From: an uncultured virus (IMG/VR IMGVR_UViG_3300015608_002806)
Lineage: Duplodnaviria; Heunggongvirae; Uroviricota; Caudoviricetes
Virus record (IMG/VR): IMGVR_UViG_3300015608_002806
Reading direction: 5' to 3' (one strand)
Length of the DNA: 64,000 bases
A program made the position numbers and the translations under genes. The notes below the pieces were generated by a model. The model worked only from the letters and a program-made list of their open reading frames with translations, ran no database searches and was not told where the DNA came from. Position 1 is the first letter of the stretch. The number at the start of each line of letters is the position of its first letter. Shown here one piece after another: positions 48,299 to 58,950 of this stretch.

Positions 48299-51052
48299 TT
48301 AATTATTTATATCATTTTTATTGAATTTAAGATTTATTTTTACGCATTTATTGGTGTGCTTTGATGTAATTTTAAGTTGATATTGTTTATTATATATACT
48401 AAATGGTAAAAGTCCAACATTATTGCTGTCATAATTATATGTTTTTTGAAACAATGATGGAGATATTTTCAAATATTTCTTAAAATATTTTTCTTTTTGT
48501 TTATTTTGTCCAGGTTTCATTTCAAAAACATCAAATTCTTGATATATAAATCCATCATTATTTATAGTTGTAACTTTATATATTTCAGTTGGATTTGATA
48601 TATTTTCATGAACGTCAACGGATCTAAATGTATAATAAAATGTTTTTCCATATTCATTTAGTTCTGTTAATGTTGATTGTGTTTTGAAGTTTATTTTTTT
48701 ATAAAATTTAAAATCTGTCCATTTTGTTGGCTCAAAATCAATTTTAAAAATTTCAAAACTTTCAATCCCGCCCTCATCTTTAAACCAAACTTTCATATCT
48801 GTACTGTTTTGTGCAACAATTTGCTTTACAAATTTTTCAACATCAGAAGAAAGTATAAATTTAGGTTTTTCTCTATAGTTTCCAACAGTTGGCTGAAATG
48901 CAAAAACAAATTCTGGATTATTTATAAAATCAACAAAAGATATTGATGGTGCAGGAGGTGGTTTGTCAATTACTCTTGTTGTTTTTTCATCAGAATAAAG
49001 TGTTTCTATAATTTTGATTTCTGGATAAAAATGTACATTAAATTCATATATTTCTTTTTCTTGTTCTTTATTTATTGAATTTTCAGATTCTTCTGCATTT
49101 GAATCTGGTTTAACTTGAGGTCTTCCATCAATATCACCAACTGGAAAATTGGCATCAACTGGTAGCATTCTAGGTATTTTAGTTGTTGATTCTGCATTCA
49201 AACCGGTTGGTTTTATCATTTTAATTGCAGATTTCTTTTTTAAAGTTTTTGGTATTTTTGACTCAGATTCTTCATCGCTACTTGCACCCCATTCATCTGA
49301 TGGTTTTATTTCAAAATCAAAATTATCTTCTTGTTCATTGCCTGAGTTTGGTATAAAATTCAAATTACGAATAACATTTGATTCTTGTTCTTGTTTATTT
49401 TTTGGAGGAATATATTTATGATATTCATATTTTGTTCCATAAACTAGATTCCAAGCATATATTTTATATTTATAATCTTTTCCATATTTAACCTGTGTAT
49501 CAATGAAATTTTCAATTTGTAAATTTGGAATATTTAAAACAAAAAATGTCTGAATTAAATTATTAGACGAGTCTCGTTTTTCAATTTTAAAACATAAAAC
49601 TTCTGTTTTTGCTAATTCTCCATTTATTATTTGTTCATAAGTTCTAAAATTTGATTTTATTAATTCATTATACTTAATATTGGAAGTCAATAAATTAATA
49701 AAGTCCATTTCAGAAATATTAATTTCATCATTATCATTTGATATAGTTTTACTTGGATCAAAAAATACAATTTGTTTAGATTGCTCAATTGATTCACTTG
49801 TATTTTGTGTTACTGATTCAGGTTTTGAAAAAACAAATTTTTTAGCAACATTATTGGTATTATCAGATAAATCCTCCATGATATTATCAAACCAATTATT
49901 AAAATTAATCATTAATAAATTTTCATTACCATCTGAAAATTTGATTTTTTCTTGTGTTACATCTTTTATAATTTGATAAAATGTATTTTTGATCACAAAA
50001 TCATTATTTGTATTTTGTTGTGATTTTATCAATAAATCAGAATTAATAAAATCCTGAAAGGCTTTAACTGCAATATTGTTTTTTATTAACCATGTCATAA
50101 ATGGCGAGTTTAAATCCGAATAAAATTCTAAATCTACATACATTGGAAATTGCCCAGCAAGTGCATTTAATCGTTTTATAGCCTCTGGATCAATTATATT
50201 TGACACAGATATACCTAATCGCTTCTCAATTGTCTCAATTAAATTTACAGCTGTACTATTAAATGTTTGTCCATATGCATTATAATAATCTAAAACACTT
50301 AATGCTTCATTTGTTGTATCAATAATGTTTCCGCCTAAAGATAGATTTCCGTTAAGTGTAATTAATTTATCAAAATTTTTATATGCATTTTTATATGCAG
50401 AATTATTAGATTCAATTGATGTAGAATCAAAATCCGATTGAGTTATCGAGTCTAATATAGATTTGTCTTTAACTAAAGAAAAAATATAAAAATTAGGCAA
50501 TGCTGTTTCTGGAATTGAATTACCAATTAAATTAAAAAGTTTTTCATATGATTCTATATAAAAATTATAAAATGAATTAATTTTAAAATATTTTGTATTT
50601 ATTTGCTCATTATATTCAACTAATTGATCAGTTTTAAAATTAAAATCAGATGTTTTTCCTGAAAACAAATAATTTTTTAATGTTTTTCTATCTCTAAGTT
50701 CTATTTCGAAATCACCTTCTGACACAGGATCAATATCTTTTTTATTTGTATTTTTTTTATCATAATAAACAACATTTTGCAATGTATTAAATTTGGAATC
50801 ATTTTTATTTTTTTCACCAACAACAATTTTTACTTTTTGTATAAAAAGTAATTTATTTGCATCAATAAGTTGTGGTTTGTCAAAATAAAATTTTGATAAA
50901 TTATATAATTTATTATTTTTAATTTTATGAGAATAAATTTTATCACCATCAAAATCATACACTCTTCCAAATAAATCACGAACAAAATCATTTGATGATT
51001 TTATATGATCATTAAAAACATACAATATTTTTGATATTGATTTATCTGCCAT
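48299..51052 (-). CDS. Large hypothetical protein (probably structural)
   Basis: 917 aa; FIDTQVKYGKDYKYKIYA and YYTFRSVD.H.N.SNP fibronectin/Ig-like segments. Confidence 0.65.
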   Translation of the reverse strand: MADKSISKILYVFNDHIKSSNDFVRDLFGRVYDFDGDKIYSHKIKNNKLYNLSKFYFDKPQLIDANKLLFIQKVKIVVGEKNKNDSKFNTLQNVVYYDKKNTNKKDIDPVSEGDFEIELRDRKTLKNYLFSGKTSDFNFKTDQLVEYNEQINTKYFKINSFYNFYIESYEKLFNLIGNSIPETALPNFYIFSLVKDKSILDSITQSDFDSTSIESNNSAYKNAYKNFDKLITLNGNLSLGGNIIDTTNEALSVLDYYNAYGQTFNSTAVNLIETIEKRLGISVSNIIDPEAIKRLNALAGQFPMYVDLEFYSDLNSPFMTWLIKNNIAVKAFQDFINSDLLIKSQQNTNNDFVIKNTFYQIIKDVTQEKIKFSDGNENLLMINFNNWFDNIMEDLSDNTNNVAKKFVFSKPESVTQNTSESIEQSKQIVFFDPSKTISNDNDEINISEMDFINLLTSNIKYNELIKSNFRTYEQIINGELAKTEVLCFKIEKRDSSNNLIQTFFVLNIPNLQIENFIDTQVKYGKDYKYKIYAWNLVYGTKYEYHKYIPPKNKQEQESNVIRNLNFIPNSGNEQEDNFDFEIKPSDEWGASSDEESESKIPKTLKKKSAIKMIKPTGLNAESTTKIPRMLPVDANFPVGDIDGRPQVKPDSNAEESENSINKEQEKEIYEFNVHFYPEIKIIETLYSDEKTTRVIDKPPPAPSISFVDFINNPEFVFAFQPTVGNYREKPKFILSSDVEKFVKQIVAQNSTDMKVWFKDEGGIESFEIFKIDFEPTKWTDFKFYKKINFKTQSTLTELNEYGKTFYYTFRSVDVHENISNPTEIYKVTTINNDGFIYQEFDVFEMKPGQNKQKEKYFKKYLKISPSLFQKTYNYDSNNVGLLPFSIYNKQYQLKITSKHTNKCVKINLKFNKNDINN

Positions 51053-51054
51053 TT

Positions 51055-53884
51055 TTAACCTTTACCTTTTTGTGGTACTACTAGTTTTGACTTACTTTTT
51101 GATCTGTCTCTTATTTCTTTAAAATTTTCTGTTTGTGTTTGNNNNNNNNNNNNNNNNNNNNNNNNNNNNNNNNNNNNNNNNNNNNNNNNNNNNNNNNNNN
51201 NNNNNNNNNNNNNNNNNNNNNNNNNNNNNNNNNNNNNNNNNNNNNNTTTGATCTTTCACACCGTCATTTGAATTTCTAAAATCATTTACCCCATCCTGAT
51301 CATTTCTGTTTAAACCTGGATTTGGAGGTCGTGATTCTGAACCGCGACCATTGCCACCCTTGGTCGGAAAATCTCTGTTGGATGGAGGATTTGATGGCGG
51401 TATAAAAATATCTTGTACTTGATCTGCGCCACTTGATTCTCGGTTTGAACCCTCCTGTGAATTTGAATTTGGAGGTCGTGATTCTGAACCGCGACCATTG
51501 CCACCCTTGGTCGGAAAATCTCTGTTGAAATCTTCTGTGGTCGTTTCATCTCTAATAACATCTTCTTGAGCAGGCTGATCCTCAATTGGCGTAAAATCTT
51601 CAACTATTGTTTCATCGTTAATTTGTAAATTTTTATTTTTAGATAAAACATTTCTATTTTTAAAATTTATAAAATTTGTATCTGAAGAAATAGATTTTAA
51701 TGCTTCTAATATAGAAGTTCTAACTGGATTTAGAAAATTTTTATTTTGCAATACTTCATCATTTATAAAATTATTATTTTTTGTTTTTTCATTTTCACTA
51801 TTATCAAAATTAATCCAAAAATATTCATATAGCAATTTAAAATCTTTTAAATAATTATTTTCATTTAAGTTCAATACATCATTAAGATATCTTGTTGTTC
51901 TACATAAAATTTTTCCATTATTTTTCAATAATATATTTGAATCCAATAATTTCCAAATTTCTTCTTTTGTTTTTTTATTATAATCATTTAAATACTCTAT
52001 TTTAAAAATAAATTTATTCATTAAATATGAAAATAATGTTGTAATTGAAATATTTAATGAATTTGAATTAAAAACATGATATGGTAAACCATTTTCGACT
52101 TGAATGTCATATAATTTATTATTTAAATCTGAATCTTTGAAAATCCATGAAAATGAAGAAATTTGTGAGGTTTTAAAATCTTTTTTTTCTGTTGTTTTAA
52201 TTTTATCTTGAATATTATCTTTTTTTATGCTGTTTAATATATTTGATTTATTTTTTGAAATATTCAATAAAGATATATTTGTTATATTAATTAAGTTATT
52301 ATATAAAAATAAATTATAAAAATCATTATTTTCAATATTGTTAATATTGGTTATATAATTTGAATATAATTCATTTAATTCATTTATATTAATTTTTTTA
52401 AAAGATTGAAATAATGATATGTGTTTTTTTATATATTCTATATACATAGGGCTAAAAAACCCAATAGAATCGGGATCTATATCAGTGTATTGTAAATTAA
52501 ATTTACTTAATTCAAAAGATAATCTGTTTCTAAACATTTGTTCACTCATTTCGGTGTCAGGAGAACAAATTTTAAAAATTAAATTAGAGTCATTGTGAAG
52601 TGTGTTAATTTCAAAATCTAATTCTTTATTAATGTTTGAATTATTTATATCAATAAAATTTTTTATTTTAAAACACAAAAACAAAATAAGATTTTTTATA
52701 TAGAGTATATCATCATCAGATATATTTCTTGCAAAAAAATTAAAAAAATCATTTTTATCAATTTTGTTGATGCACAATATATTATTTGATTCAATAAATG
52801 TATTAATAATATCATCAATATATAAATTGGAAATTTTAAAAATTGTATTATAAAAATCAGAATTAAATAAATTACTTTTCAAATCATACATATCAGAATA
52901 TTGTATAAATGATTCAATATAATTTATTTTATTTAATTGAGTCATTAAATCATTATATATATTTTTCATTAACAATATTGATTCATCTTTATAAAATAAT
53001 TTAACATAATATTTTTTATTTTCATAAATTTCGTCTTTAAATTCAACAAATATATTTGAGATATAATTTGATGTTTTGTAGTTAGTAAAATTTTTATATT
53101 TATCAAATATATGAATATAATCAGGCATTAAACTAGAAATATTTTTATATTTTTTATCTAAAACATCAGGAAAAACACATGTTTCTTTTAAAATAGATTC
53201 AAAATCAATAAAAAATATATTGTGGATTAAATTATTATATTCATATGATTTCATCATATCTGAAACAAAATTATTCAGATGATTATTTTTTCCTTCATTT
53301 AATTGTTTAAATTCAAAAAAATTATTATCTATAATTTTTTTAGACACAATATCATTTACAATTTTGTTATTATCAATAATATTTTCATAATATGAAATAA
53401 ATATTTTATTTTCTGATATTTTTTTCTGATCTATATAAACAATAATAAAATAAGTTAAATAACTTAAATCTGATATATTTTTGGATAATTTAAATTTAAA
53501 ACTTTTTTGAGCAAAAAGAAAATTTGAATTATTTAAAGATTTCGTATAAATTTTATCAAAATTACAATCTAATAAAGACATATCTGTTCCTATAAATTCT
53601 CTGCCAGCAATAAAAATACTATTATTACTTGTTTTTTGATTCAAAAGATCAGAAAGTATTTCTGGTTTATTATTTTTTTCAACTGCCGAAAGCACTGAAA
53701 TCATATCTTTTTTAGATGTAATTTCTATTACTTTAACTCTTGCCGATGAAAGAAAATTTTTATCATAAATAAATGATTTATTAAAATCATTATTTATATG
53801 TTCTGATGATAAATTGATTTTAAGCTCAATCTCATTTTTAGAATGAATTATAGCTTTATGTATATTAGGAATTATATTTAACAT
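51055..53884 (-). CDS. Large N/K/I-rich hypothetical protein with a disordered, repeat-containing C-terminus (spans an assembly gap)
   Basis: ORF runs into the N gap; beyond it an open frame (QTQTENFKE...KGKG*) ends at 51055 next to the following ATG, more plausible than the track's 51119. Confidence 0.6.
51320..51527. repeat. Perfect 61-bp direct repeat (51320-51380 and 51467-51527)
   Basis: Encodes NRDFPTKGGNGRGSESRPPN twice. Confidence 0.85.
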
Positions 53885-54669
53885 TCTGTTGTGTCTTCAT
53901 TATTATAAATTAAATCTCTTATTTGTTGTTGTTTATCTGGTGGCAATGAGAGAAAATCAATACTATTTTTTATATAATTATCAACTTCTATAAAAAAAGA
54001 ATATTCTATATTATCTTGTTGTATTTCAGTATCTTCAAATATTTCTTCAATATTATCTGATATATATTGTTCAATATTATTATCATAAAAATATAATTCT
54101 TTATTTTTAAGAGGTTGATCTAATTTAATTTCTTTAAATTGCAAAGAAAAATTTTCTTTTTCATTTAAACCATTTAATTCTTCAATTTCTAATAAAATAA
54201 AATCATCATTTATCCATTTTTTGTTCAAAACATCAAAATCATGTTGCATTTCTATTGTTAGAATTGGTATTTTTTGACCATATTTTGAATTTGTTTCAAA
54301 ATATAAAGAAGAAGTAAAATATCCAGACAAAGCTTTTATAGAAAAAGCTGGATATTTATTATTACCAATTTCAGAGCTTCCAATAAATGTGTGATTCATT
54401 TCTGTATCAATTTTTGATGGTTTAGATTTTGCTAAAAACATACCAACAGAGATTGGTATTGGTATTTGTTTTAATCGTTCTTGATCTTGAATTGAATCAA
54501 CTCTAGTAAATTTTGACTGAGTTATATCCATATATTTAGAATCATAAATTATATCGGTGTCGTGAAAAGAATAATAAACAAATTTTAAAGAACCAGAGTT
54601 TAAAGCCTCTCTTCCTTCTGGTGTTAGTTCAATATTTATTACATCACTTTTTTTATCAAAAAAATCCAT
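53878..54669 (-). CDS. Structural protein with N-terminus paralogous to 47376..48272
   Basis: IELTPEGREAL..G.LKF.YYSF.D.DIIYD. Confidence 0.62.
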   Translation of the reverse strand: MDFFDKKSDVINIELTPEGREALNSGSLKFVYYSFHDTDIIYDSKYMDITQSKFTRVDSIQDQERLKQIPIPISVGMFLAKSKPSKIDTEMNHTFIGSSEIGNNKYPAFSIKALSGYFTSSLYFETNSKYGQKIPILTIEMQHDFDVLNKKWINDDFILLEIEELNGLNEKENFSLQFKEIKLDQPLKNKELYFYDNNIEQYISDNIEEIFEDTEIQQDNIEYSFFIEVDNYIKNSIDFLSLPPDKQQQIRDLIYNNEDTTEC

Positions 54670-57600
54670 TAATCATATCCAATTTCTGATTCTATTTTTA
54701 GAAGTTCTATTAGACTAAAATTATCATAAGGCCAATTATAACCATAATTTTCAAATTGAACTTTGTTATTATTTGCTCTTTGTTTTGATTTAAAAACCAA
54801 CCAATCACAATTATCTTTTATAATATCTTTAATTATAGGATAATCATCTGATGAAAGAGTAATTGATTTTTGATAAAATTCATGATCTATTGATATTTTT
54901 GGCATACAATTTTGCCAAATTCTTGAAAGATCTTCTCTATCTAATTCTGATGTGGATTCTGCAAAAATCATAAAATATGATTTATTTGATAAACCATAAA
55001 CATTATCCAAATGAGGTGGAACAATATACTCTCTTAAATATTCCTTATTTTTAATTGCCAATTCTGAATTTTCATCAATTTCATAAAATGAATTTGATTT
55101 TTGATCAAATGGAATTAAGCAAATAAGTTCTTTTATTATTTTGCTATCTTTAAGCCTGCAAAGATTTACAGATTTTTTTGATTTATCAAATCCACACACA
55201 TCAAGCAAAGATCCGTAATTTGTTGTATCATAAAAAGATGATGTTCCATATGTATTGCGCCATCTATGATTTCCTGTAATTTCTATTAAATTTAATCTTA
55301 ATCCTTTATTTTCACTAGGTATTTCTCCATATTGTAACCACATACCTGTTTCTGATAATTTAATATTATTAAAAACACCAGTGTGGTAGCTGGTTATATG
55401 AGTATAATCAAGATAAGGAAATTCTGCTTTTCCAGATATATTCCATGTATAATTTGCAACTGACTTATGAACATCTTGTTTAATTGAAAAAATATTAAAT
55501 ATCTTGTCTAATGTTTGATAATTTGATTCAATACCAAAAGAAGGAACATCAACCATTGGTATAACACCAGAACACACATCATAAACAACATCTTCTTCAT
55601 ATGAAAAGGTTGCAGAACTAAAAATTTCTGCAATAGAATATTGCCTTGTTTCACTTGGCACAAAATCAATCTTTAATCTTGGAAATGTTTTTGATGTTAC
55701 TGTTATATTGTGTCCATCAGTTGGATAATTCATTCTTTTTAAATATGGAGGCAAATATGGACAATTAACATAAGAAACAGTATAAGAACCTGTATATGTA
55801 CTAGATTTTCTTCCAAATGGACCAAATGAATTTATTGTTGAAAGACCGCTTGATTGTTTATAATATTTTTCTACTGGTGAATCTGGTGATATAACATTAA
55901 AATTATATAAGTCATTTATTTTTAATTCCATTGAATATGTTAAACTTTTTGACATTATTTTAAATTCAGACTCTTTCGCTGATTCAAAATATGAAAGATC
56001 TTCATTTTTCATAAAAAATACATTAGATTCTTTGATAAAGTTTTTTATTATAGAGCGATATCTATTATCATCTTGTGTTCCTGTGTAAACAGAATAAGCA
56101 GATGAATCATAATAAGAACCAAGTCTAATTTGGTACATTTTGCTGTGTATATCATATAAGTTTTCAAAATCTAGAGCACCAGATAACCAATACCCTTCAT
56201 TGTCAGAAGAAACGCTAGGTAATGAATCAAATATTTTAGGAAATTGTAATGGTAATCCACTTCTAATTGAATTATACAACAATCCAGGAGCTGCAAAATG
56301 TGTGTATAATGGCCAGACAGAACCTGAATACTCTAAAGAAGAAGAAAAAACTGATGCTATTTCTAGTGTTTTTTGTACAGGATAGAAGTTTTTATATGGT
56401 CTTAATTTATTGACCATATTAAATTTAAATTTAATGTATTTAGGTTCTTTGTTTTCAATTGAATGTAAATTAAATGTTGTTAAAGAAGAACTAAGAGTTG
56501 AACCAGTTATTTGAAATAAATCTACATTTTTCAGAGCATTTGACCATCCAATAGCAAATGGATTATATAGATCAGCAAATTGTGTAGACAATCTGTGACT
56601 AGATATATCTAAATTTCCGCTAACTGTTAATTTAGCAGGACCGCCATAACCAGAATTTTGAATTGTACCTGTTAAATCAGATGTATGCCAATATATTGAA
56701 GGAATTGTTCCAGTCCAAATGGAATTATATTTATTTTTTAAATTAAATCCAACACCAGCGCTTGACAATGAAGCTATTTCTTGACTTGTTAAAGCATAAT
56801 CAAAATAAGCAATATTTGCAAAATTAAATTGAGCTAAATCATCTGTCATTAATATGAATTTATCACCATGAGCTGATGAAAAAGTAGATGTTTGCTGGGT
56901 CCCTATTAATGTTCCATTTATATAATATAATAAATTACCATTATTTATTGTAATGGTATTATAGACCCAAGTATTTGATATTGCTTCTCCTATAGAAGCA
57001 GACAAACCATCAGCAGTCAAAGCAAGTGTTATTCCATTTGGGTCTGAAGAGTAATATGGCCATGGTTCAAAATCAAGCAACATCAATCCATCAAAAAAAG
57101 CCAATGGGTGATCATAGACTCCATGTGTGTTATTTATCCAAAAACTTATCGTTCTGTCATTTCCAGAAAATGTAATTGAACTTGACACCTCTAAAGCACA
57201 ATCATAACTTAATGATTTACCAACTGGTTCTGGTTTATAATAAAAAACATCAGAAATATAAGAATTTTTTAATGGTAAATTGCTAGATGTAATAATATTA
57301 TTAAGACTAAATTCAGGAATTTGAGAGTAATCAATATATTTTGTTTTAATATTTTGTACAAATTCATCATCTGAATCAAAAAAAGGAGGAGCTGGAAATG
57401 TAGAAGATTCATACTGAGGAGAGCCAATTAATAAAGAAACTGGATACACATTAGGGAAAGTCCATCTTAATTCTCCAAATCTTTTAATGCTATCAAAATT
57501 AGACTGAGAATAATTAATGGCTGATATATAGTACCCAGATAAATCAAGATGCCATGATGAACCAGTAGCATATCGATATGTAAGTCCAATAGGATAATCT

Positions 57601-58949
57601 TCTGTAAATCTTTCTTCAAAATATTCAGATACGAATGTGCCTGAATCTTTTTTTCTTATATCAGGATTACTATTCCAATATGGAAATGACCATCCTGGTC
57701 GTGTTCTTGTTTTATCTAAAGATAATGTTCTATTGTTTGGAAAACATGTTTGATTTAATGCAATATTGTTTGCATTAATATCTTTAAATAACATTAAAGA
57801 TTTATTTATTTGTTCATTTATATTTGACCTAACATTATATGCTTTATTTAAAGCAATATTTGCAAAACCTAATGTTGAAACAGAAATATTTATTTGTCTT
57901 TTGTTATTATTTGAATCAATAAATTTAGAAGAAATTGATAAATTTGTTGAATCAATTGTTGGCTCAATAAATGAAGAATAAGAATTTTTGTCTTTATTAC
58001 CAAATATATCATTAAATTTATTTTTATTTAAAACATAATATAAATTATCTTCTCTATCTTTTTGTAATTTATTTATATTTGTTATATGAGATTTGTTATA
58101 ATGTTTTTCCAAAAAATACGAAGCAGATTGTCCATTTGCTTCATGAATCCAATTAAACCAACTACCAGTTAAATCTATTTTTGAATTAGAACACGAAAAA
58201 AATGGAATATTATAACTTCCAGAAATTATTGAAGAACCAGTTGTAAAAAGCCAATGCACAAAACTATCTACGCTTCCTGATAATTTTGGAAATAAAGATT
58301 TTATCCAATTAACGCTTTCATTATAATATGGTATTGCTGACAATACATGATTATTTGAATTTATAGACCCTGTTATTACAGTATTTCCATTTTGAACAAT
58401 AGCATATCGCGGATTTTTATTGACTTTATGAAAAGATGCTGTGTTATTGCCAAGTATTCCATCATAAGGTCCGTCGGCGTGATTTGTAGAAAGCTCTGAT
58501 ATAATTTCTCTTTGTTGTAAATTTCTATAAGGAAGAGCTGTATATGGAGAATATTCTCCAGATTCAATGTCTAAATATGAATCTGATGATGATTGAGGAT
58601 CTCCAGGAGAAGAAAATTTTAAAACAAAAATATTTTCAATTTTATTTCTAATAGGCAAAGAAAACACTGACGAAGAACCAACAGATGTTCTTGTTGATAC
58701 ATCAAATCCGCCAGTCATAACAAAATCACTATTTTGATTTTTTCTGCCAATAATCAATATTGGTTCATAGTTTCTAAATTGATTTTTATATTTTTTTCCA
58801 AAAATACTACCAGAAGAAAAAACTGTAACTGTTGAACCAGAATTTGTATTTGTTGTAGCGGTTCCAGATAAAGTTGCTGAATACGGTAAATCCAACGAAC
58901 CAGTCGTTGAAAAAACATATGTAACATCATTTGAGCCAGTGTTTTGCAT
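54669..58949 (-). CDS. Very large virion protein with LamG/concanavalin-like domain (baseplate or fibre)
   Basis: 1426 aa; TISFWIN...NTWV...T......YYING...FDYALTSQEI LamG pattern; C-terminal YNWPYDNFSLIEL. Confidence 0.68.
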   Translation of the reverse strand: MQNTGSNDVTYVFSTTGSLDLPYSATLSGTATTNTNSGSTVTVFSSGSIFGKKYKNQFRNYEPILIIGRKNQNSDFVMTGGFDVSTRTSVGSSSVFSLPIRNKIENIFVLKFSSPGDPQSSSDSYLDIESGEYSPYTALPYRNLQQREIISELSTNHADGPYDGILGNNTASFHKVNKNPRYAIVQNGNTVITGSINSNNHVLSAIPYYNESVNWIKSLFPKLSGSVDSFVHWLFTTGSSIISGSYNIPFFSCSNSKIDLTGSWFNWIHEANGQSASYFLEKHYNKSHITNINKLQKDREDNLYYVLNKNKFNDIFGNKDKNSYSSFIEPTIDSTNLSISSKFIDSNNNKRQINISVSTLGFANIALNKAYNVRSNINEQINKSLMLFKDINANNIALNQTCFPNNRTLSLDKTRTRPGWSFPYWNSNPDIRKKDSGTFVSEYFEERFTEDYPIGLTYRYATGSSWHLDLSGYYISAINYSQSNFDSIKRFGELRWTFPNVYPVSLLIGSPQYESSTFPAPPFFDSDDEFVQNIKTKYIDYSQIPEFSLNNIITSSNLPLKNSYISDVFYYKPEPVGKSLSYDCALEVSSSITFSGNDRTISFWINNTHGVYDHPLAFFDGLMLLDFEPWPYYSSDPNGITLALTADGLSASIGEAISNTWVYNTITINNGNLLYYINGTLIGTQQTSTFSSAHGDKFILMTDDLAQFNFANIAYFDYALTSQEIASLSSAGVGFNLKNKYNSIWTGTIPSIYWHTSDLTGTIQNSGYGGPAKLTVSGNLDISSHRLSTQFADLYNPFAIGWSNALKNVDLFQITGSTLSSSLTTFNLHSIENKEPKYIKFKFNMVNKLRPYKNFYPVQKTLEIASVFSSSLEYSGSVWPLYTHFAAPGLLYNSIRSGLPLQFPKIFDSLPSVSSDNEGYWLSGALDFENLYDIHSKMYQIRLGSYYDSSAYSVYTGTQDDNRYRSIIKNFIKESNVFFMKNEDLSYFESAKESEFKIMSKSLTYSMELKINDLYNFNVISPDSPVEKYYKQSSGLSTINSFGPFGRKSSTYTGSYTVSYVNCPYLPPYLKRMNYPTDGHNITVTSKTFPRLKIDFVPSETRQYSIAEIFSSATFSYEEDVVYDVCSGVIPMVDVPSFGIESNYQTLDKIFNIFSIKQDVHKSVANYTWNISGKAEFPYLDYTHITSYHTGVFNNIKLSETGMWLQYGEIPSENKGLRLNLIEITGNHRWRNTYGTSSFYDTTNYGSLLDVCGFDKSKKSVNLCRLKDSKIIKELICLIPFDQKSNSFYEIDENSELAIKNKEYLREYIVPPHLDNVYGLSNKSYFMIFAESTSELDREDLSRIWQNCMPKISIDHEFYQKSITLSSDDYPIIKDIIKDNCDWLVFKSKQRANNNKVQFENYGYNWPYDNFSLIELLKIESEIGYD

Positions 58950-58950
58950 T

